Counted from the stretch's first letter, positions 1 through 9,720 are shown. The stretch is 32,000 bases of DNA from Candidatus Jordarchaeales archaeon (GCA_038858525.1 JAWCFL010000006.1:30001-62000), one strand, 5' to 3'. The notes: generated from the sequence alone by a model not told the origin. Numbers and translations are program-made.

Positions 1-228
1 GACCCGTTCGCCTCGCCACCCGCCTTGGAGCGCGAAATAATCTACTTCAGGCTTCACGGCTCTCCTCCAGGTGAAAGGCTCTATCGCTACCGCTACACCG
101 AGAATGACCTTCGCCAGCTTGCTAGTAAAATAAAAGGGCTGAAAGGGAGAATCTATGTTCTCTTCAACAACATATGGATGCGTGACGACGCATTAGCCTT
201 CACGCATGTTTTAGAGAAGCATGTCTAG
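1..228 (+). CDS. DUF72 (YecE-like) family protein, C-terminal part; 5' end lies outside the window
   Basis: Frame is open from base 1: DPFASPPALEREIIYFRLHG...YRYRY...IYVLFNN..M..DA, which are the typical DUF72 C-terminal motifs. Confidence 0.8.
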   Translation, partial: DPFASPPALEREIIYFRLHGSPPGERLYRYRYTENDLRQLASKIKGLKGRIYVLFNNIWMRDDALAFTHVLEKHV

Positions 229-467
229 TGGCCCAGCACATGCCTCCTTAACACCTTCTCGCCTGGACGATACTTTTCAGCGATTTCGACAAGCTTCTTG
301 CAAATCTCGTTATGCTCAGGAGCGCACCTCTCTAACACTGATTCTCCCTTAATCGCCACCGCAGTGTTCTCAACGACTCTGATTAGCTCCGTCGCCATCA
401 CACTGCAAACCCACACCAGGTCTCTTAAAATCTCTAAAACAGCTGTTTTAAATTCCTCGTCGCTCAT
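225..467 (-). CDS. Hypothetical 80-aa protein, probably translationally coupled to the radical SAM gene
   Basis: Start overlaps the stop of 464..1636 by 4 nt; plausible charged/helical composition; no family recognised. Confidence 0.6.
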   Translation of the reverse strand: MSDEEFKTAVLEILRDLVWVCSVMATELIRVVENTAVAIKGESVLERCAPEHNEICKKLVEIAEKYRPGEKVLRRHVLGH

Positions 468-1636
468 TCTTCACCACTCCAACTCAACTTAACTTGCTTT
501 GGAGTGCAAGGCGTCGCACAAACCTTGCACTCTCCCCCACAACTTTCAACAGGTATAAAATTTCCGTCTCTCTTCTTCACGGGGGGAAAACGAAACCCTT
601 CACACTTGTCCCCTATCCAGAGATCCCTCATCCCCTCCATGCAGAGGCCATAAGTGGTCTTTGTACCCGACCTACTGATCAGGTCTCTTATCTGCTTGAG
701 TTTTTCAAACCTGTATTTCCACTCTACAACATGGTATCCTGAAATAACACTTCCCCTAGCAAACAGCTTCTCGTACTTCTTGATGAGCCAATCTAACCCA
801 TTTTCCCTAAACCAGAAATACAAATACTCCTTATGGCTTAACGAAGAGGCCCTTATCCCCACGAAGCTCCCTACTATGTGATCCACCTCCAGATCTAAGG
901 CTAAACAAGTTAACTCCTTTATCTGCTCTGATCCATCAGTAAGGAAGGGCATGTGCGGGTCCTCCCTAAGAACAGTGAAAACCCCATGGTCCTTCGCTCT
1001 CATGATGCTTTTAATTCTCAAGTGTGGTGGAGGCGCGTTTGGCTCAAGAAGACGGGAAACCTCTTCATCCAATGTGTTAAGAGAAACCTGTAGGGCGAAA
1101 AACGGGAAACCCTCAACTACCCTAAGCATTCTAAGCGGCACCTCTCCTTTCGTCACAAGGTAAAAGGGAACCCCTTCATCAACGAAAAACTCAGCCAGTT
1201 TAACTGTTAACTCGGCCAATTCACGTGTAGCCAGCGGGTCACTTACCGGTGACATGTAGACTGGCTTCACGATACGGGCATTCTGCACAAACCGCCTGAC
1301 TCTCTCAAAAATGCCCCTCCTTAGGAAGAAAACTCCATGAGGAGGAGAAGACGGCATAGCTCTCGCGTAACAGTAAACACATTCATGAGCACATCCATCC
1401 GTAATGTTGAGAGAATACCTGCTTCGCAAACACTCCATACCCGCAGTTTTAAGGGGCACTCCTCCAAATTTCCTCTCCACCTTCAAAACGGGCACCTGTT
1501 TCTTTCTCCTCCAATAACCTAGAAAGCACTCCGGGTGCCCCCCCAAACTAATGTTCCCGATTTTAACCGGCTTCTTCTCTATCCTTCCACCACAAACATA
1601 GCACTCATCAGGGACAAGCTTCCAAACCCAATTCAC
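464..1636 (-). CDS. Radical SAM protein, spore photoproduct lyase-like family
   Basis: GCAHECVYCYAR (CxxxCxxC) preceded by YSLN; SPVSDPL and LEPNAPPPHLRI resemble SPL/Rv2578c-like motifs; extra Cys clusters at both termini. Confidence 0.85.
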   Translation of the reverse strand: MNWVWKLVPDECYVCGGRIEKKPVKIGNISLGGHPECFLGYWRRKKQVPVLKVERKFGGVPLKTAGMECLRSRYSLNITDGCAHECVYCYARAMPSSPPHGVFFLRRGIFERVRRFVQNARIVKPVYMSPVSDPLATRELAELTVKLAEFFVDEGVPFYLVTKGEVPLRMLRVVEGFPFFALQVSLNTLDEEVSRLLEPNAPPPHLRIKSIMRAKDHGVFTVLREDPHMPFLTDGSEQIKELTCLALDLEVDHIVGSFVGIRASSLSHKEYLYFWFRENGLDWLIKKYEKLFARGSVISGYHVVEWKYRFEKLKQIRDLISRSGTKTTYGLCMEGMRDLWIGDKCEGFRFPPVKKRDGNFIPVESCGGECKVCATPCTPKQVKLSWSGEE

Positions 1637-1773
1637 TCAACACACCACCAATCAACTCTTAATAAATAATCAAAGGCTTCTTTTAAACCGTCGCCTACAC
1701 ATCTAACATCGACAAAAATCAGCATCCTGCAAGTGAGAATTTAAAACTCAAGAAAGGGGGGAAGGGAAGATGG

Positions 1774-2520
1774 CTAGTATATGTATGACTGAAACTCGAT
1801 CTCGCTTCCTCTGCTTTCTTCTTTCGTTTCTTCAGCTTCTTCTCTGATTCCGTCATTTTCTATGGGCAAGTTAAGATATTTTTTAATGGTCTTCAAAAGC
1901 AACTTAGCTGCTTCCATATCGGTTTTTCCGGTTACGGCAACTTTGCTATCAACTTTTGAGAGGAGGATCACTCCCTCGATTCCGTACTTTTCCTTTGCTA
2001 TAACGGGAACCAAACCATTCGCTCCAACTATCTCGCCCTTAGGCATTCTTTCAAGCTTCTCAATTTCGGGAAATTCAAGCCCACCCGTACTCGTGAAGTA
2101 CACCCTTCTCTCACCATTTTCGCAATCCGAGAGGTACCCTCCCAGCGTTATCAGAAACTTAACCTTGAAATCCGCCAGCAGCTTAGCTATTTGCTCAGAT
2201 AGAGTGTATATTCCTGGAGCAGTCATCGGCTGGTCATCACCCGTAACAAGCAGAAGACTCCTTCCATCGGTATGGCTGTTCCAAACATAAACTTGAATCT
2301 GGGGCGGTCTCACGACACCATCCTCCACTATGACCATTGGCGGCATATCCGTGAACTCAACTTCAATTATCTTCTCCGCTTTCAAAGCTTCAATCAGCTT
2401 TCTGACCGTTAACGCCCCAACCTCCGTTATGTCTGGAAGGGCATGAACACACACAGCCTCCTCAAGCCCCCGCTTGGGCTTGACTTCCCTCACCGTTATT
2501 TCATACATATTTCTCACCAT
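1774..2520 (-). CDS. PAC2 family proteasome assembly chaperone
   Basis: LP..TEVG.LTVRKLI, LLVTGDDQP, LITLGGY, IVGANGL and D.EAA..LL motifs. Start chosen at ATG 2520 (2508 also possible) rather than the ORF-track start 2571. Confidence 0.8.
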   Translation of the reverse strand: MVRNMYEITVREVKPKRGLEEAVCVHALPDITEVGALTVRKLIEALKAEKIIEVEFTDMPPMVIVEDGVVRPPQIQVYVWNSHTDGRSLLLVTGDDQPMTAPGIYTLSEQIAKLLADFKVKFLITLGGYLSDCENGERRVYFTSTGGLEFPEIEKLERMPKGEIVGANGLVPVIAKEKYGIEGVILLSKVDSKVAVTGKTDMEAAKLLLKTIKKYLNLPIENDGIREEAEETKEESRGSEIEFQSYIY

Positions 2521-2890
2521 TTCCAGTGGAAATAAACCCAAACTACCTAAATAACTTTTTAAAGTTTTCAATATTTAAATTCACCTATTATCGAAGTATT
2601 ATATTTATAACAAATTCAACCACAATAACTTAACCTGACTTTCAGCATTAAAAAAGGATATTTAAAAAATGACACTTTAAACAAAAATAGCGACATAATA
2701 CTACCGGCAAACTAATACCACAAAGATTCACAGACCGCCACCTCTTCCCCTGTGAGACTTAGCCTTCTAAAGTAGCATGTCCCCTTATCCATAATGTAAG
2801 GCCTCAATTACTCTCTCCCTCAACTTAAAACATTAAAAATACAACAATTGTTAAAACTACTTTATCCTATTTGTGTATTCCAGGCTGAAT

Positions 2891-3415
2891 TTATATTGCA
2901 ACATCCTCCACGAGATTAAGCTTCTTTATTACAGCTTTAGCGGCCAAGTCGAAAGCGGTATCAACGTTTACATTGTTCTTTGCGCTCGTCTCAACATGGT
3001 AAAGGATCCCGTGTTCATTCATAAACTTTTTAACGTCATCCTCATCCACTTTCCTATCTAAATCACATTTTGAGCCGACTAGAATCATAGGAATTTCGCC
3101 AGCGTTTTTCTTCGTCAGCTCAAGCCACTCCCTCAGGTTGAAGAAAGACTCCCTTCTAGAGACATCGTACACTAGTAGGGCAACGTTCGCCCCTTTGCAA
3201 AAATCGGGGAGTATCTCTCTGAACCTCTCCTCGCCACCAAAGTCCCATATCATTAAAGTGACATCGTCACCTCCAACTTTAAGTGTCTTCTTTTCAAAGC
3301 CGACGCCTATAGTCATCTTACCATCAAAGTAAGTTCCATCACAATACCTCTTCACAAGCGTAGTTTTTCCAACGCCTCCATCTCCCTCCACAAGAACTTT
3401 AATTATGATCAACAT
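2891..3415 (-). CDS. Rab-like small GTPase (Ras superfamily)
   Basis: G1 GDGGVGKTT, G2 TIG, G3 WDFGGEERF, G4 SKCD, G5 ETSAK; GGGGTG RBS-like sequence before ATG 3415. Confidence 0.92.
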   Translation of the reverse strand: MLIIIKVLVEGDGGVGKTTLVKRYCDGTYFDGKMTIGVGFEKKTLKVGGDDVTLMIWDFGGEERFREILPDFCKGANVALLVYDVSRRESFFNLREWLELTKKNAGEIPMILVGSKCDLDRKVDEDDVKKFMNEHGILYHVETSAKNNVNVDTAFDLAAKAVIKKLNLVEDVAI

Positions 3416-4138
3416 ACACACCCCATATCGCGATCATTATTGAAAAATATAATTATAATGCTGTATTCAGAAACGTATTTTCGCAAAGTGATATCATACA
3501 AAAATTATCTTTTCATACTTAAAAAATTTTTGGTATTTCGTGTCAAAAATGAATTTTTCGCAACTCAGAACACAACTTATAATTAAAAATCACTGGAAAA
3601 TTGATAAAACCAATGAATAATCTTTATCTATCTGATTCTTTTCTTAAAAATGCTTTCTTTTCATTTTTGTATAGTAGAAATAACAATACAAGAAACTCTA
3701 AAAACTGAAAGTAGAATTTTTAGGATCCTAAAAAAGAGCTCTCACTGCTCCTGTGCAGCTAATTTAAGGTTCCTAATAGGAGATTCCTTGGCGGCTTTAG
3801 AAACATTATGCGGGTGCTCGACGTATAGGCAAGTCGCAAGCTGAACATTAACGCGCTTAAGAGAAAAGATAGATGAAAGCCCTCTTGAAAGGGAATAAAT
3901 GTGGCGAAGATTTAGCGTTTAATAGACCCTTACCACTTATGATGATTCCCCCTCAAAAGATAAGCTTATAAAGATAAAAGAAGGAAAAATAAGAAACCCA
4001 ACGGATCCTGCAATGGCTGTCTCGTTTTACACTTACTATTATTTAGACCAAATAATTGTTGCTAGTTATGCATGAGAGCGGTATTTTCTAAAAGTTTAAA
4101 AATTAGACTTTGCCTATTTTTTGAAGGGAGGGTTGCAG

Positions 4139-4285
4139 TTGAGTGAGTGTCCAAGGTGCAAATCGAGCAGCATTAAACTTGGTAGCAACGTAATCATACA
4201 AATCGGGAAAACACGCTCTAAAAAAGTTGACATTTTAGAATGCCCTAAGTGCAGTTTAGTGTTCTACGAATCCTCCAAAGAATAG
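4139..4285 (+). CDS. Small zinc-ribbon protein (48 aa; not in the ORF track)
   Basis: Manual translation from TTG 4139 gives MSECPRCKSSSIKLGSNVIIQIGKTRSKKVDILECPKCSLVFYESSKE*; two CxxC pairs; GGGAGG RBS-like sequence just upstream. Confidence 0.7.
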   Translation: MSECPRCKSSSIKLGSNVIIQIGKTRSKKVDILECPKCSLVFYESSKE

Positions 4286-4381
4286 ACTTACGCTTAATCC
4301 TAACTTAAACTCCTCTTTTTTCCTCATATAGAAATTACATCGACTTAGGAGATTATATGGAAAAATATTGAGGAGATGAAT

Positions 4382-5161
4382 TCATTCTCCTTTGAATTGA
4401 GGTTGCCGCTTCTCTAAGAATGCTTTCATCCCTTCTTTTTGATCCTTTGTTGCGAAGCAGAGGCTGAACGCCGAGTTCTCTAAGGATATCCCTGCTTCTA
4501 AGTCGCACTCCAACCCCTTTCTTATCACGCTTTTCGCTAGTTTTACCGCTATTGGAGGTTTGCTTGCCAATTTCTCGGCAATTTCATTCACCGTTGCCTC
4601 TAGTTTGTCATCTGGGACAACTCTGTTAACTAAACCTATTTGTAGAGCTTCTTGAGCACTTATCCTATCCCCTGTAAGTATTATTTCCATAGATTTGGCT
4701 ACGCCGACCTGTCTCGGTAGACGTATGCATCCCCCCCACCCGGGGATGATGCCGAGGTTGATCTCAGGCTGCCCCAGCCAGGCTTTCTCGCTTGCTATTC
4801 TTATGTCACATGCCAGGGCGAGCTCGCATCCTCCTCCCAAGGCGTACCCGTTTATTGCTGCTATCACGGGTATGTCGAGGCCTTCCAGTGCCTTGAATAT
4901 CTTGTGGCCACGTAGCGATGACTCCTTAGCTTGGAGAGGTGTGGCTTCCACCATTGCTCCAACGTCCGCGCCAGCCGAGAAAGCCTTCCCTGACCCCGTT
5001 ATAATCAGCACCCTGACCTCTTTGTCAGCTTTAACTTCTTCTATCGCTTTCTCTAGCTCTTCCAGCAGGTCCGGACTTAGCGCATTAAGCTTCTCAGGTC
5101 TGTTTAGAATTATCTTTGCTACTTTTCCCTTTTTCTCGAATATTATGTTTTTATATACCAT
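4382..5161 (-). CDS. Enoyl-CoA hydratase / crotonase family protein
   Basis: LNRPEKLNAL, FSAGAD, NGYALGGGCELALACDIRIA and GQPEINLGIIPGWGG motifs. Confidence 0.95.
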   Translation of the reverse strand: MVYKNIIFEKKGKVAKIILNRPEKLNALSPDLLEELEKAIEEVKADKEVRVLIITGSGKAFSAGADVGAMVEATPLQAKESSLRGHKIFKALEGLDIPVIAAINGYALGGGCELALACDIRIASEKAWLGQPEINLGIIPGWGGCIRLPRQVGVAKSMEIILTGDRISAQEALQIGLVNRVVPDDKLEATVNEIAEKLASKPPIAVKLAKSVIRKGLECDLEAGISLENSAFSLCFATKDQKEGMKAFLEKRQPQFKGE

Positions 5162-5318
5162 TCTTTCACCCCTCGTAGAACTCCTCAGTCAGAAAGAGAT
5201 GTTATCCTATATAAAGCATTATGAATCCTTTGGGCTAATTGGCTCCTTTCCAACTTGTTCGAAGGAAGAGGATGTAAGAAAGTTTTTGAATCTTCTTCTT
5301 TTTCTTTTTCTTGGTGGT

Positions 5319-5924
5319 GTGTTGCCGTCTTTGTCTAGTAAGCGTGGTGAAGTTGCGAGGGAGGCTGCCCGTCTCCTGTATTTCCGGCTGGCTTCGGAGT
5401 ATTATGATGCTAAGCGTCAAGCTGCTAGAAGCCTTAATGTTCGTGTTCTCCCCACGAATAAGGAAGTTGCATTTGAACTTGATAGGCTTGCAAGTCTCTT
5501 AGAAGGGGAAATGAGAGTGAAAAAATTGAAGGAGCTGAGGGAGGATGCGCTGGAAGTCATGTTAATTCTTGAACGCTTCATTCCTGTTCTCGTCGGCTCG
5601 GTCTGGAGGGGAACTGCGAGAATGGGGAGCGACATAGACATCAGGGTTTTCGCAGAAGACCCTCAGGATGTTATTGAAGAGTTGAGACGTAAAGGTGTGA
5701 ATTTTAAGGTGGAAGTTTTGGGCAAAAACAAGCTAAAAAAATATGTTCACATTTACTTTAAGACGAACAGAGGAAACAGTGTTGAAGTGGTTGTCCGTCC
5801 ATTGGAGGAGAAGTGTCTGAAGGAGAAGTGCGACATTTTCGGGGACGAGATCCGTGGCTTAACAATATCCGAACTGAAGAAAGTTTTAAGGGAGGACCCC
5901 GTAAGAAAATTCATCCCTGAGTAG
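5319..5924 (+). CDS. Nucleotidyltransferase-domain protein (Pol beta superfamily)
   Basis: VGSVWRG...SDIDI motif. The first ~208 aa of ORF-track entry 4695..5924 are antisense to the hydratase and intergenic DNA; the real start is probably GTG/TTG at 5319-5331. Confidence 0.8.
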   Translation: MLPSLSSKRGEVAREAARLLYFRLASEYYDAKRQAARSLNVRVLPTNKEVAFELDRLASLLEGEMRVKKLKELREDALEVMLILERFIPVLVGSVWRGTARMGSDIDIRVFAEDPQDVIEELRRKGVNFKVEVLGKNKLKKYVHIYFKTNRGNSVEVVVRPLEEKCLKEKCDIFGDEIRGLTISELKKVLREDPVRKFIPE

Positions 5925-5946
5925 TTGCCTGCCCTATTAGTGGCTG

Positions 5947-7236
5947 GTGAGCTGGTTGAAGGCTGTTGTTCTAGCTGCTGGTGAAGGAACAAGAATGTAT
6001 CCTTTGACATACACGTGCCCTAAGCCTCTTCTCCCCGTTTCTGGAAAGCCTGTCTTAAGGCGTGTTCTTGAAGGACTAAGGGCGAACGGTATAAACGAGG
6101 CTCTAATTGTCGTCGGGCGTCGCGTAGATGTCGTAAAGGACGCGCTGAGTGGGGTTGGCTTAAAATTAGAGTACGTAGTTCAGGAAAAACCTCAGGGAAC
6201 TGCTCATGCGTCAAGCTTAGCTGAAGAGTTCGTGAACGGCGATGACTTCTTACTCGTGAACGGAGACGTCTTAGTTCCCGAAAACTTCTATGGAAAAGTG
6301 ATTGATACCTTTCACCGAAGCGGAGAAAACGTTATCTCGATAGCTAGAGTGGAGGACGCATCTAATTATGGTTTGGTCGAAGTGAAGGATGGCCGCGCCG
6401 TCAGAATAATTGAGAAGCCTGAGGAGCAGGCAAGTGGGTTTGTAAACGCCGGCATCTACGCTTTCACCAGTGAACTTTTCAAAGAGCTCAAGAAAACACC
6501 TATCTCAAAACGGGGAGAATACGAGTTAACAGACACCATCCAGCGCATTATAGACAAAGGCGGCATCATAATTCCATGTGAAGTTGAAGGGTGGTGGGTG
6601 GACATAGGATACCCTTGGGACCTCCTACGTGCAAATGAGTTTGTCATGAAAGATAAGGAAGAGGAACTAGTGATACATGAAAACACCAAGATAGAAGAGG
6701 GAGCCATTATACATCCACCAGTACACGTAGGAGAGGGAAGCACTGTTAAAGCTGGCGCTTACATTGAAGGGCCATCATACATCGGCCGGGAGAGCACCAT
6801 AGGACCAAACTGCTACATTAGACCATACACGTCTATAGGTAACCGCTGCCACATAGGTAACGCCTGCGAAATAAAGAACTCTATAATCATGGACGACACT
6901 AACGTGGCCCACCTCTCCTATATTGGAGACAGCATAGTTGGCGAAAAAGTGAACTTAGGAGCTGGAACAATAACTGCGAACTTGCGCCTAGACGAAAAAA
7001 ACGTGTTCTCAACAGTTAAAGGGAAAAAAATCAATACTAGAAGAAGGAAAATGGGCGCCGTTATAGGAGGAAACGTGAAAACAGGAATAGGAGTAATGCT
7101 GATGCCGGGAGTCATAATAGGCCCAAATGCGATGATAGGCCCAGGCGTGGTCGTAACGGAAAACATACCTCAAGACACTATAGTTATCCTCAAACAAGAA
7201 ATTCAAATGTTTCAACTAAAAGAAAAACAAAGATAA
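5947..7236 (+). CDS. glmU: Bifunctional sugar-1-phosphate nucleotidyltransferase/acetyltransferase (archaeal GlmU-like)
   Basis: LAAGEGTRMYPLT..PKPLL, EKP, W.DIGYPWDLL, C-terminal hexapeptide repeats, AHLSYIGDS..G..VNLGAGTITAN. Confidence 0.9.
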   Translation: MSWLKAVVLAAGEGTRMYPLTYTCPKPLLPVSGKPVLRRVLEGLRANGINEALIVVGRRVDVVKDALSGVGLKLEYVVQEKPQGTAHASSLAEEFVNGDDFLLVNGDVLVPENFYGKVIDTFHRSGENVISIARVEDASNYGLVEVKDGRAVRIIEKPEEQASGFVNAGIYAFTSELFKELKKTPISKRGEYELTDTIQRIIDKGGIIIPCEVEGWWVDIGYPWDLLRANEFVMKDKEEELVIHENTKIEEGAIIHPPVHVGEGSTVKAGAYIEGPSYIGRESTIGPNCYIRPYTSIGNRCHIGNACEIKNSIIMDDTNVAHLSYIGDSIVGEKVNLGAGTITANLRLDEKNVFSTVKGKKINTRRRKMGAVIGGNVKTGIGVMLMPGVIIGPNAMIGPGVVVTENIPQDTIVILKQEIQMFQLKEKQR

Positions 7237-7752
7237 TGAAAAAGTTTAGAAAGTTTATTTAATGTTAGCCTCTCAGCATATACATTTATGGTATTCGTGT
7301 TTCATCTCCTCTTCACTTTTTATAAGGAGGAATCGTGAAGTCACTTGCCGCCAATAGTTAGAACGACAGCGCATCATGAGTTTCACAGTGGCGTTCAAGT
7401 ATCTACTATATGATTGCCTAGATTGAAAGCCGCGCTCCTACACATAAAGACCTTCCCATTCAGCTTTCAGCCCATCGCAAAATAAGACTGAAGGAATCTA
7501 CACACACCTAAACTTCTTACTTAGGAGCTGCTAACGAACTAAGGATTGTAGTTACCTCATGTAGGTGTATAACTCTCCTTGGTTTAACTATTGAAAATCG
7601 AAAGATCAGGAAGCAGGGGATGTTATAGATTTTTCTTAAATGACGTGTTGTTTTTTGCGGTAAGAACACTATTTTTAAATAGGTAAACGAAATCCTTTAA
7701 TCTTTGTTAAAGATTAATAATCTTTAAGGAAAAACGAGAGGGTGTTCGTGTA

Positions 7753-8055
7753 ATGATCAGCTCGAAGGTCTTCCAAAAAACATTACAGGAACTTCAAAAA
7801 CATCCAGGTGTTAAAGGAGTAATAGTTACGAGTAGCGAAGGACTGCCTATAAGCACGACCCTCGATCCGCAGAAAACAGAGACCATTTCAGCTCTCGTGA
7901 CCTCCCTAGTGGGAAAGGCCAGAGGAGTCGTAAAGGAGATGGGTGAGGGGGCACTAAAATTCCTCACGCTTGACGCAGGCAAAAGCGAAATCCAGATCGC
8001 TCCAGAGCAGGAGTTTGTGCTTATCGTTCTTAGAGAAAAGCCGGAGCAACCTTAA
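7753..8055 (+). CDS. Roadblock/LC7 domain protein
   Basis: [18 protein letters not shown]...ISALVTSL pattern, 100 aa. Confidence 0.85.
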   Translation: MISSKVFQKTLQELQKHPGVKGVIVTSSEGLPISTTLDPQKTETISALVTSLVGKARGVVKEMGEGALKFLTLDAGKSEIQIAPEQEFVLIVLREKPEQP

Positions 8056-8147
8056 CCCTTTTTTGGAGGCGCTATAAGTGCTAGTGCGAAAATCAAATAT
8101 ATGTAAAGATCCATGAAGGTATAATTGAAGTTTGGGGGAACCATAAC

Positions 8148-8615
8148 ATGACGGTTGATGTAAAGGCTTTTGAGCGCATATTGGCTGACGTAATTAAAGC
8201 TGAAAGCGGCATAAAAAAAGTGATTTTAGTTGACCGAACAGGGCTCACAATAGCGTACACCACAAGGTTTAGTTACTTTAAAGTAGACGTCGAAGGGATA
8301 GGCGCCATAGCCTCAGCAGTTTACTGCGCCAGTGAAGAACAGGGTAAAAGTCTCGAGCTCGGAGAACTCCAAATCGTGACTTCAGAGTTCGAACAGGGTA
8401 AAATATTCGCTTCCAGCTGCGGAAAAGGAATACTATGCATTATAACAGACGAATCAGTGAACATAGGAATGGTGAGGCTACTTATGAAGAAAGCATCAGA
8501 GCAGCTTAAAGCAATTTTAGATGAGTTCCTCGCAGAAAAACCTGCAGTCCAACTTGCTGGAGGAGAAGAGGAAGAAGAACTAAAGGCCGCCTTCGGGGAA
8601 CTAGATAAAGTATAA
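8148..8615 (+). CDS. mglB: MglB-like roadblock/LC7 protein with acidic C-terminal helix
   Basis: VILVDRTGL..., NIGMVRLLMKKASEQL resembles the MglB LGLVRL..KKA motif; lies upstream of an MglA-type GTPase. Confidence 0.8.
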   Translation: MTVDVKAFERILADVIKAESGIKKVILVDRTGLTIAYTTRFSYFKVDVEGIGAIASAVYCASEEQGKSLELGELQIVTSEFEQGKIFASSCGKGILCIITDESVNIGMVRLLMKKASEQLKAILDEFLAEKPAVQLAGGEEEEELKAAFGELDKV

Positions 8616-8696
8616 CTTCACTCAGCCACGCCCCGGTGGAGAGGACGTGAACCTTCACTCAGGGAAAAGCGCTGCGACTAAGGCGCTTACCGGGCT
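8616..8696. other. Putative structured element (three-way junction with an internal 10-bp direct repeat)
   Basis: CCCGGT 8632-8637 pairs with ACCGGG 8689-8694; AAGCGC 8667-8672 pairs with GCGCTT 8683-8688; GTGAA-CC-TTCAC mini hairpin; CTTCACTCAG at 8616 and 8653. Confidence 0.4.
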
Positions 8697-9051
8697 AGAA
8701 AAAACTAATGGAACCCAGGTCGTCTATAGTGCCTTATCCCGTCTCCCAGTAAAGACTCTTAAGCACAAGCTTCATCTACTCTCTTTTCACTTACGATTGA
8801 ACGCTGTCAAATGCTCAAAATCCAACGCAACAATTAATGAGAGAATGCGTGGTGACGAAAAAGTGATGTTCTCCAAAAGGAAAATTACGTATGGTTTTGT
8901 TAAAAATATTAAAAAGGCTATCACTGAAAAAAGGTATGATGGGACTCGCATCATATTTGATGCATCTCGCGACTCATCGAGTATTTTGCAAAACAAGGTT
9001 AAATAAAATAAAAGAAAGGTTATAAAAACCTTTTTGGTGAAGGTGTGAAAA

Positions 9052-9615
9052 ATGCGGCGTGACGCCCAAGGAAGATTAAGATTCAAAATTGTTCTCTGGG
9101 GACCATCACTCTCAGGCAAAACAACTTGCCTACGCTGGATATACGACGAAGTTACAGGTCTAAACAAAGGTGGCTTCACATCAGTGGAGGATCCAACGGG
9201 CCGCACGCTCTACTTCGACTACACCCCGATCTCAGCAACAGGTAAAGTGATCTTTGATGTCTTCACGACGGCAGGACAGCGACGGCACAAACATCAAAGG
9301 AAGATAGTTCTTCAGGGTGCAGATGGCATAATGTTTGTCGCTGACTCTTCTCGAAGTCAGCTTCAGAGTAACATTGAAAGTTTGGAGGAGCTAAAGGGAC
9401 TTTTGGGTAACCAGTTAGGTAAGGAGATCCCTATGTTGGTTCTGCTTAACAAGAGGGATTTGCCCGACGCTATGCCTAGGCAGGAGCTTGTATCCGCTCT
9501 TAAAGTTGAGGGCTTTCCGATTTATGAGTCTATAGCGGTGAAAGGTTTGGGTGTCAAGAGAGCTTTTCAGGCGATAGCCAGAGAAGTTCTCTTAAAGAGA
9601 ATGTATAATGTCTAA
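9052..9615 (+). CDS. mglA: MglA-type small GTPase
   Basis: KIVLWGPSLSGKTT, GRTLYFDY (MglA-type RTLxFD), TAGQ, GADGIMFVADS, NKRDL. Confidence 0.88.
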   Translation: MRRDAQGRLRFKIVLWGPSLSGKTTCLRWIYDEVTGLNKGGFTSVEDPTGRTLYFDYTPISATGKVIFDVFTTAGQRRHKHQRKIVLQGADGIMFVADSSRSQLQSNIESLEELKGLLGNQLGKEIPMLVLLNKRDLPDAMPRQELVSALKVEGFPIYESIAVKGLGVKRAFQAIAREVLLKRMYNV

Positions 9616-9720
9616 AATCCATGTTAAAGATGCCAGAATACTTAAAAGTTCCCTGTAAATTTTTTAATTTTAGGGATCAACTTTGTGCTGAAAATACGAT
9701 TACATGATAGGTGATTCGGG

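Noticed and set aside
2715-2810. 31-codon - strand ORF (MRPYIMDKGTCYF...) with a purine-rich leader
   Set aside because: No recognisable motif, and the length is compatible with chance.
4695-5318. N-terminal ~208 aa of the 409-aa ORF-track entry, which would suggest a fusion protein
   Set aside because: It is the antisense shadow of the enoyl-CoA hydratase plus intergenic DNA; homology-like motifs begin only after ~5319.
8616-8696. TPP riboswitch, hammerhead or C/D-box reading of the structured element (GAACC..AGGGAA; CTGAGTGA on the - strand)
   Set aside because: The TPP P4/P5 arm and UGAGA context are missing, and the hammerhead CUGANGA/GAAA core and proper C/D boxes are not met.
8647-9206. 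ORF-track entries 8647..9006 (+) and 8787..9206 (-)
   Set aside because: No family motifs; AT-rich promoter-like DNA; the - strand ORF overlaps mglA antisense.
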